Of a DNA stretch of 64,000 nucleotides, positions 50,301 to 63,118 are shown in pieces. How positions within the stretch are numbered: position 1 is the first letter of the stretch; every line of letters starts with the position of its first letter. The position numbers and the translations under genes are program-made. This DNA is from Barthelona sp. PCE (Eukaryota), in contig JAUFOR010000008.1 in NCBI GenBank assembly GCA_040285745.1, positions 1 to 64,000 of the forward strand, given 5' to 3'. The notes beneath the pieces were generated by a model. That model did not search any database. It was not told where the DNA came from and saw nothing but the letters and a program-made list of their open reading frames with translations.

Positions 50301-51782
50301 ATGTACGCGTATGCTGACGATATTTATATTGTTGGTGAACCATCAACTGTCATGTCAACCTTTGATGTAATCAAGGGTAAGCTCGAGTTCTATAACCTGA
50401 AAGTGAATGCTGAGAAGTGTGAGCTGGTGGGGTATGGAGCCGGGAGTATTGCTTTCGCTTCAAGGATATTTCCAAGAGGTGAAGAGCAAGAGAACATCGC
50501 TACCCACAACTTAAAGCTTAGCTTTTTTTATCAATTGTTAGGTACTCAGATTGGCGACTTTAATGTTAGTCATGCATGCGCAAGATTTAGCAATGGCGTC
50601 AAACAACTTCTCGAGTATATAAGTCCAGGGACAGCTTTGTTCAAGTATCTTGCTTCTATGTCGATTGATCAGATGCTCATTCATCACGTACGCTCGGTGA
50701 CTCTCTCACTGAAGATGCAGTTGATGATATGGAAAGGACCATCAAACAGAATTTACTTCTTGAGATGATTCCTGGAGCCGATGAGTTATCGATCGATGAA
50801 GCTCCAACTCTCCGTTATCCTTTGTCTCTTGGTGGGACTGGTTGTCTAGACTTTGTGTTTCTCCACAAAATAGCTGACTTGGCAAGTACCGCTTCGGTAA
50901 GTAGCTCAATCAAGCGTTTCAATTTGATTGAGTGGTCGGATTTCACTAGGCTTAGCCCACGTTATTTGGCCGCAGCTAGATTCAACTATGACAAAGATAA
51001 CAAACCCTACTTTATGCCGGATGCTCATTACCAAGATGAGGATTGCCAACACAAACTTGTGGAAGCAGTTTCTCTTAACAGTGAAACAAAGCATGAATTT
51101 GCTTCAAATTTACTGTGGCTTGCCGTAAACTATGGGCAGCACACTCAGATGGAGTCGTACGATGTTGAGATCAGTATGGCTACTAATATTGTGCGTCAAA
51201 AAAAGCAAAACTACAAAACATTCTCACAAAACGTTTTTTCGAATTGTTTGATTATGCGATCAAACATTGTCGTTTCCATCCAGAATCATTTATATCCCGA
51301 GACGCCTTTGATGTCTCAGCGTTCTGTTGCCTGGTCACTCGATGCTACCGTCGCCACATGGCCCCAAAGGTCAGTTGCCAATATTCATTCAATGTTTGAT
51401 GAGCGTTACATGTTTGGTTATGCTTTAGCCGGTATATACCAATTGTTGTTCCCTGAACTTCGCGAAATGTACGCCTCTGGGCGGTGCAACTTCTGTGGAG
51501 AGAAGGTTTTGGACAGAAGAAGTCATCATTATTCTTGTTCAAAAAATCACGGTCTTGTCGTCAAACTGCAACAACATTCTTGAGAAAACAGTTGATACTG
51601 TTCGAAAATCAGAAATGCTCATATTTTCAACTTGGATAAGCCAATTCCTAAAAGAAAGTTTGAGGAGTACAGTGACATACATCGTGTACAATTGGGTTGG
51701 ACACATGAACGGTAATGAAAGTGGTGAGTCGTGCCCCAATCGGAAAGAACGTAAGCGACCAGATTTTGCAATACTGGAAGCA
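47329..51782 (+). mobile_element. CRE-like retrotransposon copy 4, 3'-truncated inside the endonuclease
   Basis: Breaks after RPDFAILEA and joins the interior of a 711-bp module. Confidence 0.9.
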
Positions 51783-53140
51783 TGGACCAAGAAGGTTTTA
51801 GACCTGATGGGATACATGGAACACGCGTAGAAGGCAGCCCTGAACCCGTTCAGACTACTGGAAACGCCGAAAATGGTGTTAGTTTTGAGAAAAAAGACTC
51901 GTGTTGTGATGGAAGTGCAGCTATTTCAAACTCGGAGGACGTCGTTCTGGTGTCGTTACGATCGCTGAATACGAAAAATGGGCACAAATAGTGAATATGA
52001 AGAAAACGTTTTTAGTTGTGATGCAGAACGATTCTAAAGGGGTTAGACCCAGCAGATCAGCATGTATCGGTGCGTAGACGCGCTTTTACAAGCACAGAAA
52101 CGCCCAAACAACTTTGAACAAAATTCAAATTCCAAAACTTCTACAGTGATGGTTTTTTCGCTATTTCCATGTCCTGGCCCTCCTCAAGAGGCGCTTTCGA
52201 CGTATTCAAGCAGGGAATTTTTGTTGCAGATGCATGATGCGGGGATTTTGTTGTTTTACAGCAGATTTCAGCCATGGCAAGACACTACGTCAAGCTTTGT
52301 TAGAGTGTTTTATCCCATGGGTCCCCCTGCGGGCATGAGACATCTTTATAATCATGCCATCTCGCTTTACAATTTTCAATCAATTTCAAGCCGTTTCGCC
52401 GCTATTTTTTCGATGATTCCGAGCAGTAACATGAAAATCGCATCGCCTGTCATATTATTTGATCATAAACGAGACTATTTGCAGAATATGGACCAAGAAG
52501 GTTTTAGACCTGATGGGATACATGGAACACGCGTAGAAGGCAGCCCTGAACCCGTTCAGACTACTGGAAACGCCGAAAATGGTGTTAGTTTTGAGAAAAA
52601 AAAAGACTCGTGTTGTGATGGAAGTGCAGCTATTTCAAACTCGGAGGACGTCGTTCTGGTGTCGTTACGATCGCTGAATACGAAAAAATGGGCACAAATA
52701 GTGAATATGAAGAAAACGTTTTTAGTTGTGATGCAGAACGATTCTAAAGGGGTTAGACCCAGCAGATCAGCATGTATCGGTGCGTAGACGCGCTTTTACA
52801 AGCACAGAAACGCCCAAACAACTTTGAACAAAATTCAAATTCCAAAACTTCTACAGTGATGGTTTTTTCGCTATTTCCATGTCCTGGCCCTCCTCAAGAG
52901 GCGCTTTCGACGTATTCAAGCAGGGAATTTTTGTTGCAGATGCATGATGCGGGGATTTTGTTGTTTTACAGCAGATTTCAGCCATGGCAAGACACTACGT
53001 CAAGCTTTGTTAGAGTGTTTTATCCCATGGGTCCCCCTGCGGGCATGAGACATCTTTATAATCATGCCATCTCGCTTTACAATTTTCAATCAATTTCAAG
53101 CCGTTTCGCCGCTATTTTTTCGATGATTCCGAGCAGTAAC
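51782..53140 (+). repeat. About 1.9 tandem copies of the 711-bp module; 31-bp repeats at 52400-52430 and 53110-53140
   Basis: A direct module-to-module junction with no retrotransposon at 52400-52430. Confidence 0.92.
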
Positions 53141-56100
53141 AGGTCCTCTGGGGCGCCCCACGTACTCTACGACCACCAATATACGCCATTTGGAGCCCAT
53201 ATGCCTGCGTAAGGTAGATGAAGACTTTGGTAAATTTGGGTCACGTTATGCCGGTTTTGTCAAGATACTTGTCCACAAGCTCTACTCAGAGTGTGCCTAC
53301 TGCAAACTTCAGAATTTATTTTTCCAAGATATGATTTGTGGTAGCTTATGGAGTTCACGATTTTTAACATCACTTCATTCGATCATTATGCCCCGCACAC
53401 GGGCCCAAGCTGTCCCCCACGACACTGTGTTATCATTATATGCATGCCACGACGCTATTTTCATGGTTTCGTGCGTTTTGCAACTGTGTCGTGTTCTGTC
53501 GCTAAAACTGACAAGTAGTGTGGTAGAATATCTCTACCGACAGTCACAGCTCAACCTTGTGACCCTTTCTCCTTACAACACATTATCAGATACATTTTCA
53601 GATACTGTATATTTACCTTCCCCGCTTCCAGAGTGGGATGATGATGATGATTATTATTTGTATGAAGAGCAAGAAGTATCTAGGACTCCTCCTGCAGCTT
53701 ATGTACCCAATCCAGAAATAGAGAGGGTATATGAGGATATCGAAACAATGTTAGCCAATCCAATTGTTACTACGCCACATAGTCCTTTGCAAACACTTAT
53801 GTATCTTAAGGAAGATGTCAAGTACCAACTAACAGAGTTCGGTGAGCAGATGTTGTCAATAATTCAAAGGACGAAAGTTTCTTCAAACAACAGGAGAGCC
53901 CCGTCCATAGAAATAATTCGACAAAATGTTCATGATCAGTGGAGTGGCTTGTGCACTGACGCAGATTGGTTGTCTTTACGCAGTATTGAAGGTGAGAAGA
54001 TGGAAACCGTTGGTGTACGTCTTTCAAGCCCAGGTACACGAGGACAACTCGTTATTGCACATGCTATCCTGAAAGTATGCAGCACTGGCGTTGATGCAAA
54101 CGAGATTGTACATGCTATCAATGAGAAGTTTGGAGACGAGAGATTCACACATTTGGATGACACTATAAGGCGTGTCGCTTCTGAGGAAAAGGAAGATGAG
54201 CGTTGCAGGATTTTACATCCGGCAGCAATCAATTTCGTTAGAAGTGTGTCTTGTATGAAATTCAGAATGGACTCGCGTGGCCAGAATGTTTATCATTGGC
54301 AGAATGTAGAACCGTTCACGGATAATTTCTATTTCGTGATGTTTGCGTTTATCAAGGCCTGTTTGGAATTTAATGGAAGTAGAAACTTGTACGAGCTCTT
54401 CCCATTTTTTAGTAGTAGAATGATTCCTCTACTCAGTCATATTTTTAAGGTGGAAAGTGATCCAGAATCGCATGATTCTGTCTTCCAAGAAGTTGGAGCG
54501 CCAGCATTGGTTAACCGGAACCAGTCACAGTCACATACATTGGATGTTGACCCGGTAGATACTAACCCGACGCCTTCAATTCCTGTTACGAGCAGTGTTA
54601 CCAACCAAGCTCCTCCTATTATGAGCAATGTTACATACCCAGTTTCAAGTTCTCGTATGGAATACACTTTCCCCATTTTACTGTACGACCCGCTGGTCCG
54701 ATTCAATCGACTTTGTGCAACTGACGGTAATAGCGAAATTGCTGAGAGAAGAGTTGCTGAAGATTTCTTTGGAGAACTTCTGGGCGCTTATTGCGCTAAT
54801 CCACCGCGATTGCCTCAGTGGCAGAGCGGTAATATTGAAACACTTGTGAGAATCAAGGAGTTTGTCAACAAATTGTCCGGGGTCCTGGCTCTACATTCTT
54901 TACGACCAGACCTAGACAAAGACGATGCTCTAGAAGTTTTTAATGAGTTTGTTTTTCAGAAAGTTATCGAGAACCAAGATAATTTAATTGGTGATAAGAA
55001 ATCAAGAAAGCTATATTTCTGTGTCCTGAAGATTGGTTTGTTAATACGGAATACTCCATTACGTGAGTCTCAACGATGTATAGGCGAGGCTCTAATAGTT
55101 GCAGCTTCTGCGCTATGTTTTGGTAAGACGCCGAGGCAACGTTCCAATCAGCCATCCGTTGAGTCTAGGGAGTCTGTAAGCCTTCGTATGAAGAAGTACG
55201 CAGACGCCAACCAACCAGGAAAGGCCATAAGGCTAGCAAAGAGTCAAGGTACCATGCCTTTATCAGATACTAACGTGCTGGAACAGATGCAATCAAAGCA
55301 TCCAGTCAGTGCACCAGTTTCTGATGCGATTCTGCGCGAAACCATGAGTTCTTTCAAGAGAGGTGAGTGGGACCCTGAGGAATTCATAATATCGAAAGAT
55401 ATGGTGTATGAGACCACCAAAAAAGTCAAAAAGTACATTTCTGCCGGTGCCGATGGAGTGATGCCATATTTACTTAAGTTATTTGAGGCTGAAATCTATC
55501 GTAACGATCGCTACATGGATGCTTTTACTCAAGTTATCAATGATTATGCGTTCGGATCGCGCCCGTGGGCCCTTTGGAATATCCGACTAATTGCTCTTAA
55601 CAAAAAGCATGTGGAGGAGCTTCAAGAGGGTGAGCATATGCCTGTACGCCCCATCGCAGTTGCCTCTGCACTCGGTGGTATCGCTGATAAGATCATCGCG
55701 AGTCAAGATCTGAAGTTTCAGTCTGAACGTGTCAAAAAGTACTTGTTTAAACACAAACAATTCGGTGCTGGGATGCGGGATGCTACTGCTCTGGTCGCAA
55801 ACCTCGTTGATGTCAATCTAAAGCGAAGTGATCGTAATGTTGCTCTTGTTATTGACATTGCTAACGCCTTCAACAGCGTTCGTCGTGACAAGCTGCTGCA
55901 TATTGTCGCTGCACATGCTCCTTGGTGCTTCCAAGCATATCATCAGATGTGCAAAAGGCCAATTCCGATTTGGTCGAATGGAGAGCGCCTTCCTTTTGAT
56001 AGTTGTATGGGCGTGTTACAGGGTAACGCAACGTCTCCGTTGTTGTTTGCTCTTCTTATTGCTGAAGTGTTGAAGGATACGAAAGCCGTAGCCCCAGATT

Positions 56101-58063
56101 CAGTCAATATGTACGCGTATGCTGACGATATTTATATTGTTGGTGAACCATCAACTGTCATGTCAACCTTTGATGTAATCAAGGGTAAGCTCGAGTTCTA
56201 TAACCTGAAAGTGAATGCTGAGAAGTGTGAGCTGGTGGGGTATGGAGCCGGGAGTATTGCTTTCGCTTCAAGGATATTTCCAAGAGGTGAAGAGCAAGAG
56301 AACATCGCTACCCACAACTTAAGCTTAGCTTTTTATCAATTGTTAGGTACTCAGATTGGCGACTTTAATGTTAGTCATGCATGCGCAAGATTTAGCAATG
56401 GCGTCAAACAACTTCTCGAGTATATAAGTCCAGGGACAGCTTTGTTCAAGTATCTTGCTTCTATGTCGATTGATCAGATGCTCATTCATCACGTACGCTC
56501 GGTGACTCTCACTGAAGATGCAGTTGATGATATGGAAAGGACCATCAAACAGAATTTACTTCTTGAGATGATTCCTGGAGCCGATGAGTTATCGATCGAT
56601 GAAGCTCCAACTCTCCGTTATCCTTTGTCTCTTGGTGGGACTGGTTGTCTAGACTTTGTGTTTCTCCACAAAATAGCTGACTTGGCAAGTACCGCTTCGG
56701 TAAGTAGCTCAATCAAGCGTTTCAATTTGATTGAGTGGTCGGATTTCACTAGGCTTAGCCCACGTTATTTGGCCGCAGCTAGATTCAACTATGACAAAGA
56801 TAACAAACCCTACTTTATGCCGGATGCTCATTACCAAGATGAGGATTGCCAACACAAACTTGTGGAAGCAGTTTCTCTTAACAGTGAAACAAAGCATGAA
56901 TTTGCTTCAAATTTACTGTGGCTTGCCGTAAACTATGGGCAGCACACTCAGATGGAGTCGTACGATGTTGAGATCAGTATGGCTACTAATATTGTGCGTC
57001 AAAAAAGCAAACTACAAAACATTCTCACAAAACGTTTTTTCGAATTGTTTGATTATGCGATCAAACATTGTCGTTTCCATCCAGAATCATTTATATCCCG
57101 AGACGCCTTGATGTCTCAGCGTTCTGTTGCCTGGTCACTCGATGCTACCGTCGCCACATGGCCCCAAAGGTCAGTTGCCAATATTCATTCAATGTTTGAT
57201 GAGCGTTACATGTTTGGTTATGCTTTAGCCGGTATATACCAATTGTTGTTCCCTGAACTTCGCGAAATGTACGCCTCTGGGCGGTGCAACTTCTGTGGAG
57301 AGAAGGTTTTGGACAGAAGAAGTCATCATTATTCTTGTTCAAAAAATCACGGTCTTGTCGTCAAACTGCACAACAACATTCTTGAGAAAACAGTTGATAC
57401 TGTTCGAAAATCAGGAAATGCTCATATTTTCAACTTGGATAAGCCAATTCCTAAAAGAAAGTTTGAGGAGTACAGTGACATACATCGTGTACAATTGGGT
57501 TGGACACATGAACGGTACGAAAGTGGTGAGTCGTGCCCCAATCGGAAAGAACGTAAGCGACCAGATTTTGCAATACTGGAAGCAAGCGGACCCAAGGTTG
57601 TGGTGGATGTTATGACTACATCGCCGTTCACGAGCAAAGATCGAGGTCACGTACGTGCAGCCTATTTTTACAAGAAGCTAAATAAGTACAAAACTTTGAT
57701 GACCCGCCGGTCAAGATTATGGCCGTTGCGCACGGAGGAGCCATTTGGGATCCGATGTTGTGGGAACCGACGTCGAAGGCACGCGAGAAATACAATTTCG
57801 AGCTAGCTTACACGTCGTGGGAACAGGTGCTCGAGTCGTTGAACGAGAGATCAACGTCGCAATCAATTAAGACCAGTGGAACGAAACTTAAAAAAGGTCT
57901 TAGCTACCATCTATTTGCTTTTCACGCTTATGCTATGAAGAACATTATGAGGGCAGCAAGGAGCAGGCGTAGAGTCTGATACTAACAGTTAGCAGAAGAC
58001 CAAGGAACAGTACATACGAGAATCCGGGACAGCTTGCTCGAAAATTAATAAACTATTTACTAC
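53141..58063 (+). mobile_element. CRE-like retrotransposon copy 5, abutting unique host DNA
   Basis: Ends AATAAACTATTTACTAC followed by GTAAACGG. Confidence 0.93.
53190..57979 (+). CDS. Most continuous CRE ORF (53190-57806 plus 57719-57979), showing RT and endonuclease in one frame
   Basis: The 1538-aa frame spans RT, CCHC and RKRPD. The final break is at an A-run. Confidence 0.9.
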
Positions 58064-59850
58064 GTAAACGGAGATTTCTCGCCAATTATTCATTTTCTCC
58101 CTAATATAATTCATTAGCGCCTAATAAAATATTTCGCTTGTGCTCACTTTAAGCGAATTACTAATAAAAATATTAGTGAATTCCAAAAGTTGCGCATCAC
58201 AAAAAAATCTTAACAATAGTGATGCGAACTCAAAAAGTTCACTAACACAAATATTAGCAAATACTAAATTCCACGTGAGTATTAGAAAGAATTGCTAATA
58301 TATTATATTAGCGAAATCAGAATAAGGTTCATTCCTGATAAAATCATATATTACAGTTTGCATTTGATAATGTCAATTATATATATCACATCTAGGGTTT
58401 ATCGTGTCAATGGTTTACAAAACTCAACTCACACTAAATACTAATAAAAATATCAGCAAACCCAAATTTCCACGGTAGCATTTCTCTCATTTTATTAGCA
58501 GACTTATTAGGGGTAACTTTCTAGTTGAGAATTTCTAAGAGCTCATTTCTCCTCTTAAGAATTCGCGCTCTCAATCAAAATTGGTCTCCACGCATAAGAA
58601 GCACATATACTAACACTAAACTTGATTGAAATGAAAAAATAGCCACGCAGCGCCGAGAAAAAACGTATCTTTTTTTCCATTGAGATTCCACTCGCAGTCC
58701 TGCAACACGCTGCAATACATATCATGTACATCAACCCCATCACGACGGAAATATGCACAGAGCATTACAGGTGCGTGCAACATTTTTTTCTTCTTTTGAG
58801 CTCAAATTTATTGCTATACCAGAGCTGCACCACTTATAAGCACATACTAACCAATTGCACAACACATTCAAATAGCCAGAGATGCCGCATGCATGAACCT
58901 GCTACTGTATCTCTGTATGCACCGAGTTATGCCAGGCTTACAACGGATGAGCGCATGCATAACACGGTAAAATGCTACTCAAAAGAATTCAAAATGCTGC
59001 TCCAACCAGTCATGACAAAAGAATGCTTTCATTTCTGTTTTCAAAAAAGTTCAAACTTAATATTCACGCATTTATTATCGATATAAGACAACGCTGGGGT
59101 CACGCTGTACCAACGCTATGGTCTCAGCAAACGTTGATTCCACTGCTGCAGTGCATATTCATAATTGCCATCAAGTTATTCTCAATATTCACTGTCCATG
59201 ATGATGCCAATTTTTAAACCTTCGTCTCTTTCAACAAACATACATCAGTCGAACATCCTGTCAGCAACCGGATCTTTTCCTATATGTCACCAAAATTGGA
59301 ATCGTTGGCGACAAGATTGGCATCATGAACTTTCGTAATGCCACCAAAAGAGTGGTTCAATCCAGCACAAACTCAAAAGACGTTTGAACGTCGATATAGT
59401 CGTCCTCACATTCACGCTTTACGGTTGGCATCGTGTGAATCAGGAAAATCTGATGAGAATTAGGCTGAAAATTTGGAAACAGAAGTTTTGGCGAGGTCCA
59501 GCGGCCAGCGGCGCATGCAGCGGTGTTTACTGAATGCTTATGCATGTGCAATGAAGCACGTCCCAAAAGGCGGCTGCTGCGAGCCGTACCCACAACGCAG
59601 CTAGAAAGTGCCCCACAACCAAGCCAATGCCCTCACGTGTCCAAAATCTTACGTGTCACGCGCTACAAGCCCTGCGAACCACATCAATAAATCTGTGAGG
59701 GGATAGAATTGCGAATGCAGTTCTGTTTCACATTCTCGCTTTCTGTTTACGCTTCACGTGTATTATATCATCTTTATATGCCACGTGCAAACACTGATAT
59801 TTAATATATACAAGCTATCTCAATATTCACCTACTTCATTACAGCTATAT

Positions 59851-61962
59851 ATGCCTAGGGTTCGTAAATTCGAGGAAGACCTTGTCATCAAGGCGTATCC
59901 TGAGGGGCAGATGATATTTGAGGGCCAGGGCGTAGTATTGCTTAAGTCAAGAGGAAACATCAGCCTCATTGAAAGCGCTATTGAAGACAAGGACTTTGTT
60001 GGGTATGTGGAGGATACGCATGAGCCTCTTCAATACACATCCAAATTAAAAGCTGGAGAATCTTATATGATCATCGATATGGATAGTGATGACAGTGGTA
60101 TTATAACCCATCTTGATATCTTATTATTTGATCATATCATGAGCGATGAGCATATAAGAAGGAGAATACGCTTCCCGTTTGATAACATAAGAAGTTATCA
60201 AATTAGCAGAATATTTCCGATGGATGAAAACCACCTACTATTCACCATTAAAGATATCGTTAATAACAGGCAAGTGATTCTGTGCTACATATTAAATGTG
60301 CTAACCGATGAATATAGATGTCTTGGAGAGTATGACTTAATTGAATCAAACATCAATTCAAACTACATTTTGTTGAGGAAATATCAAGATGATACCATAT
60401 GGCATTACAATTTTTCTGTTGATGACATGGACGAAGCACATGAACCTGATATTGAGCAGTTACATGGAATCTATTCAGGATGCATCAGGTGGTGTTTTAA
60501 CTCGGATTGCATTTGCCTAGTTAGCTTTCGCGATCAAGAAATTGATGAACTAATAATATTTGACTGTCAGAGGAACCGCGTTAATTTAACAGAAAGGTTT
60601 CCACAGCTTAAAGGATTGAATATTAACAGATACTCGAGTTTTTCATTATTAACGCTCACTCAGAATGTATTGTCAATGATATTCATTTATTCAAGATGTG
60701 TGGTAGTTCATATCGAAAACGGTGAATTGAAGATGTCAGAGGGTAAACTGAATTTTAAGAACGTAATTTGCGATGGCTGGAAGCATATAGACTTGAACGA
60801 TAATTACTTTCATGATGAAGATTGTGTTTTTTATAGTGTTGAAGAAATAACAGGACGTTGTGGCCTAATCAAATTCAGAACAGTTGATAATGAGGTGTTT
60901 TGGTTGAACAGTCTTCAACCAAAACGAATTTTTTTTGATGGAATAACGGAAGTGTATGGTCATAACGCTTCAATAAGATGTTACTTTTTTTTCAAAGAAA
61001 GGAAGCTTATTGTACTGCGTGGGTGTAAGAACTCGTTTTCACGTATGAGCTGCGAGATCCGATCAGTTCATCCAAATGAAGGAGATGATTTTTTTGTAAT
61101 GGCAAGTGAAACAAATACATATGTCAAATTATGCTGGACCGGCTCAGAATTTAAGCCAATCACAACCATTTTGCCTCATTGTGGTTCAGAAAACTTTGGA
61201 TTCATTCTAGGGTTGCCCTTAAATGTTGACTATCGTGAAGATGACACAGGCTTGGTGTATTTGGGAAGTAAGCTGATTTTAGAGCTTCCACCGAATATTT
61301 ATGTTTATGTTCTAAGTGTTCATAGTTCACATTTTGATAATTCAGCATGCATTTTATGTGATGAGGCAATCCATTTTTTTCAGCTTAATGTCAACGGGTA
61401 TGACGTGGAGGTTCAAAATCACATTGTTTTTTTTGAACCTGTGGAAGATGTTTACTTCAACCCTCGTCCATTGGCTGAAACACCTGATCATCAGCTGTTT
61501 GTTGTATATACACGCAGTAGGGTTGCAGCAACGCAACGTTTACACTGTTTAGATTGGTCAACAGGAAGCTTCTTAGAGCCTGTTTTCCTTTATCAGTTTG
61601 ATATATATGATGAAATGGAGGAAGGCAACTATTTCAATAATTTCGTGGGTGATTCATACATACACGTGAGGGGTGGTATCATTGAAGCATACGTTGAAGA
61701 TGGTGCTATCAAAACAAGATTTTTCACTAACAACAGTTTACCATATGAATTGAACATAAACCACGATCCAAATCTGCCTAACAACGTTATTCAGGAAATG
61801 AAATACGAAGAAGAGACCAAGACAATGGTGTTGAAAACATATAACGTTGAGGAAGACCCGGAATCGATCAATCCCACAGTGGAAACGTTCCACCTTCCAT
61901 CGTTCCTGGCTGAGGCGTCCATCGTTGAGTATTACATGCCCGATTATCATGAACACGTATAG
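59851..61962 (+). CDS. Host hypothetical protein, ~703 aa, probably beta-rich
   Basis: Long uninterrupted ORF in AT-rich DNA, first ATG at 59851 (MPRVRKFEED). No family recognised. Confidence 0.85.
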   Translation: MPRVRKFEEDLVIKAYPEGQMIFEGQGVVLLKSRGNISLIESAIEDKDFVGYVEDTHEPLQYTSKLKAGESYMIIDMDSDDSGIITHLDILLFDHIMSDEHIRRRIRFPFDNIRSYQISRIFPMDENHLLFTIKDIVNNRQVILCYILNVLTDEYRCLGEYDLIESNINSNYILLRKYQDDTIWHYNFSVDDMDEAHEPDIEQLHGIYSGCIRWCFNSDCICLVSFRDQEIDELIIFDCQRNRVNLTERFPQLKGLNINRYSSFSLLTLTQNVLSMIFIYSRCVVVHIENGELKMSEGKLNFKNVICDGWKHIDLNDNYFHDEDCVFYSVEEITGRCGLIKFRTVDNEVFWLNSLQPKRIFFDGITEVYGHNASIRCYFFFKERKLIVLRGCKNSFSRMSCEIRSVHPNEGDDFFVMASETNTYVKLCWTGSEFKPITTILPHCGSENFGFILGLPLNVDYREDDTGLVYLGSKLILELPPNIYVYVLSVHSSHFDNSACILCDEAIHFFQLNVNGYDVEVQNHIVFFEPVEDVYFNPRPLAETPDHQLFVVYTRSRVAATQRLHCLDWSTGSFLEPVFLYQFDIYDEMEEGNYFNNFVGDSYIHVRGGIIEAYVEDGAIKTRFFTNNSLPYELNINHDPNLPNNVIQEMKYEEETKTMVLKTYNVEEDPESINPTVETFHLPSFLAEASIVEYYMPDYHEHV

Positions 61963-62050
61963 TTCACATGGACAATAGATGCATGGAAATTATTCTTGAA
62001 TTCAATTAGTTGAGAAGAAATTCTTTTCTGAAGAATGTCAAATTTCATTT

Positions 62051-62812
62051 TTACAGGGTTGGAATGTATGTATAACCATCTAACTTACTAACTTGATGTG
62101 GTTCATCCCATGTATTTGTAGCTGAAGGTTCCAAGTCCACCTTCACAACAGCAGTTTGTTGATTCAGTTGAGCTTGTAGTTCTAAAATTTGTGCTTGCAA
62201 TGTTTTCTCACTTTCATTTATGTACACTTCATCTTCTGTTGTATCCGGCTCATAATCAGAAGGTGGGTTGAATCTGTATGTTTTCTCCATCGAAACAATA
62301 TATTCTGAAGAAGAAGAATTAAGCAGTGTATAGTACCATGAGTGATACGGCGAAAAGAGGATAAAAAAGTAGTAAAATATGGGGTTGAACCATAAAATCA
62401 TTTTGTCAGTGAAGATAACTGCAGTATCACTTAGATTAGGATCTTTAATTCGCTGGCTTACTGTAAAAATGGAAGCATCTTGTAAGTTCTTTTCTAATTC
62501 ATAAATATGCTCCCATGTATAATCATCAGCAGCCTCACATACAGATGATGGTTGAACAAGACAGATTGGAGCTGTTTTTGGCATGTCAAACTCTGTATCA
62601 TCAAAAAATTCAGGTTTAATTGATTTAATAACATGAAAATAATAGCTATAGTCTTCATCTCGATAATCGTGCGTGAAAAAGGTAAAAAAACTGAACAAAG
62701 AATTTGAACAAAACCATTCATAATTCAGCCCCCAGATATTGAAATACCCTGAAACACCCCTGAAAGCTGTTTGAAAGGTGGAGTGAAATTTAATCTTGTT
62801 CCAATATTTCAA
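62051..62812 (-). CDS. Host hypothetical protein (5' end unresolved), possible hydrophobic segment and coiled coil
   Basis: 253-codon ORF convergent with the previous gene. It lacks an upstream in-frame ATG, so there is probably a frameshift or intron near 62840. Confidence 0.65.
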   Translation of the reverse strand: MKYWNKIKFHSTFQTAFRGVSGYFNIWGLNYEWFCSNSLFSFFTFFTHDYRDEDYSYYFHVIKSIKPEFFDDTEFDMPKTAPICLVQPSSVCEAADDYTWEHIYELEKNLQDASIFTVSQRIKDPNLSDTAVIFTDKMILWFNPIFYYFFILFSPYHSWYYTLLNSSSSEYIVSMEKTYRFNPPSDYEPDTTEDEVYINESEKTLQAQILELQAQLNQQTAVVKVDLEPSATNTWDEPHQVSKLDGYTYIPTL

Positions 62813-63118
62813 TACCTTATCCGTGGTTGTAGCCTCATTTCAAAATAGCACGAGTATTTAAAAGCAAAAAAAAGGCTTGCTAGCATTACACGCTTCAATA
62901 ATGAAACAGTAGCTGTAGAAAACATTGTTCTTCATCGTAACTGTATAGAGGCACATTCTGGGTGTCAAGAAACGGTGGCATGGTGGCCACAGTGCATTAT
63001 GCTTGTATCAAAGTATCTTCAATCCGAGGAGAATAAATGATAAATTTTGAACCAATTGTGAATTTGGAGAATTTGTTTCAAATTTAATATCAAATGATCG
63101 TTTTACTACTAAACTGAA

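Larger units (their letters stand above)
33712..58063. repeat. Second copy of the ~24.2-kb tandem block (first copy 9519-33711)
   Basis: Same order and same junctions: 5S, element A with nested B, CRE, module, CRE. Confidence 0.9.

Noticed and set aside
4566-53140. 31-bp repeats as a CRISPR-like array, or RTs as retron/DGR components
   Set aside because: Spacing is 711 bp or more with identical intervening DNA, there are no cas genes, the context is eukaryotic, and the RT motifs are CRE- and DIRS-type.
58555-59600. Short ORFs and a possible pseudogene starting MPTVKRECEDD (minus strand)
   Set aside because: Multiple stops and no recognisable homology, so evidence is insufficient.
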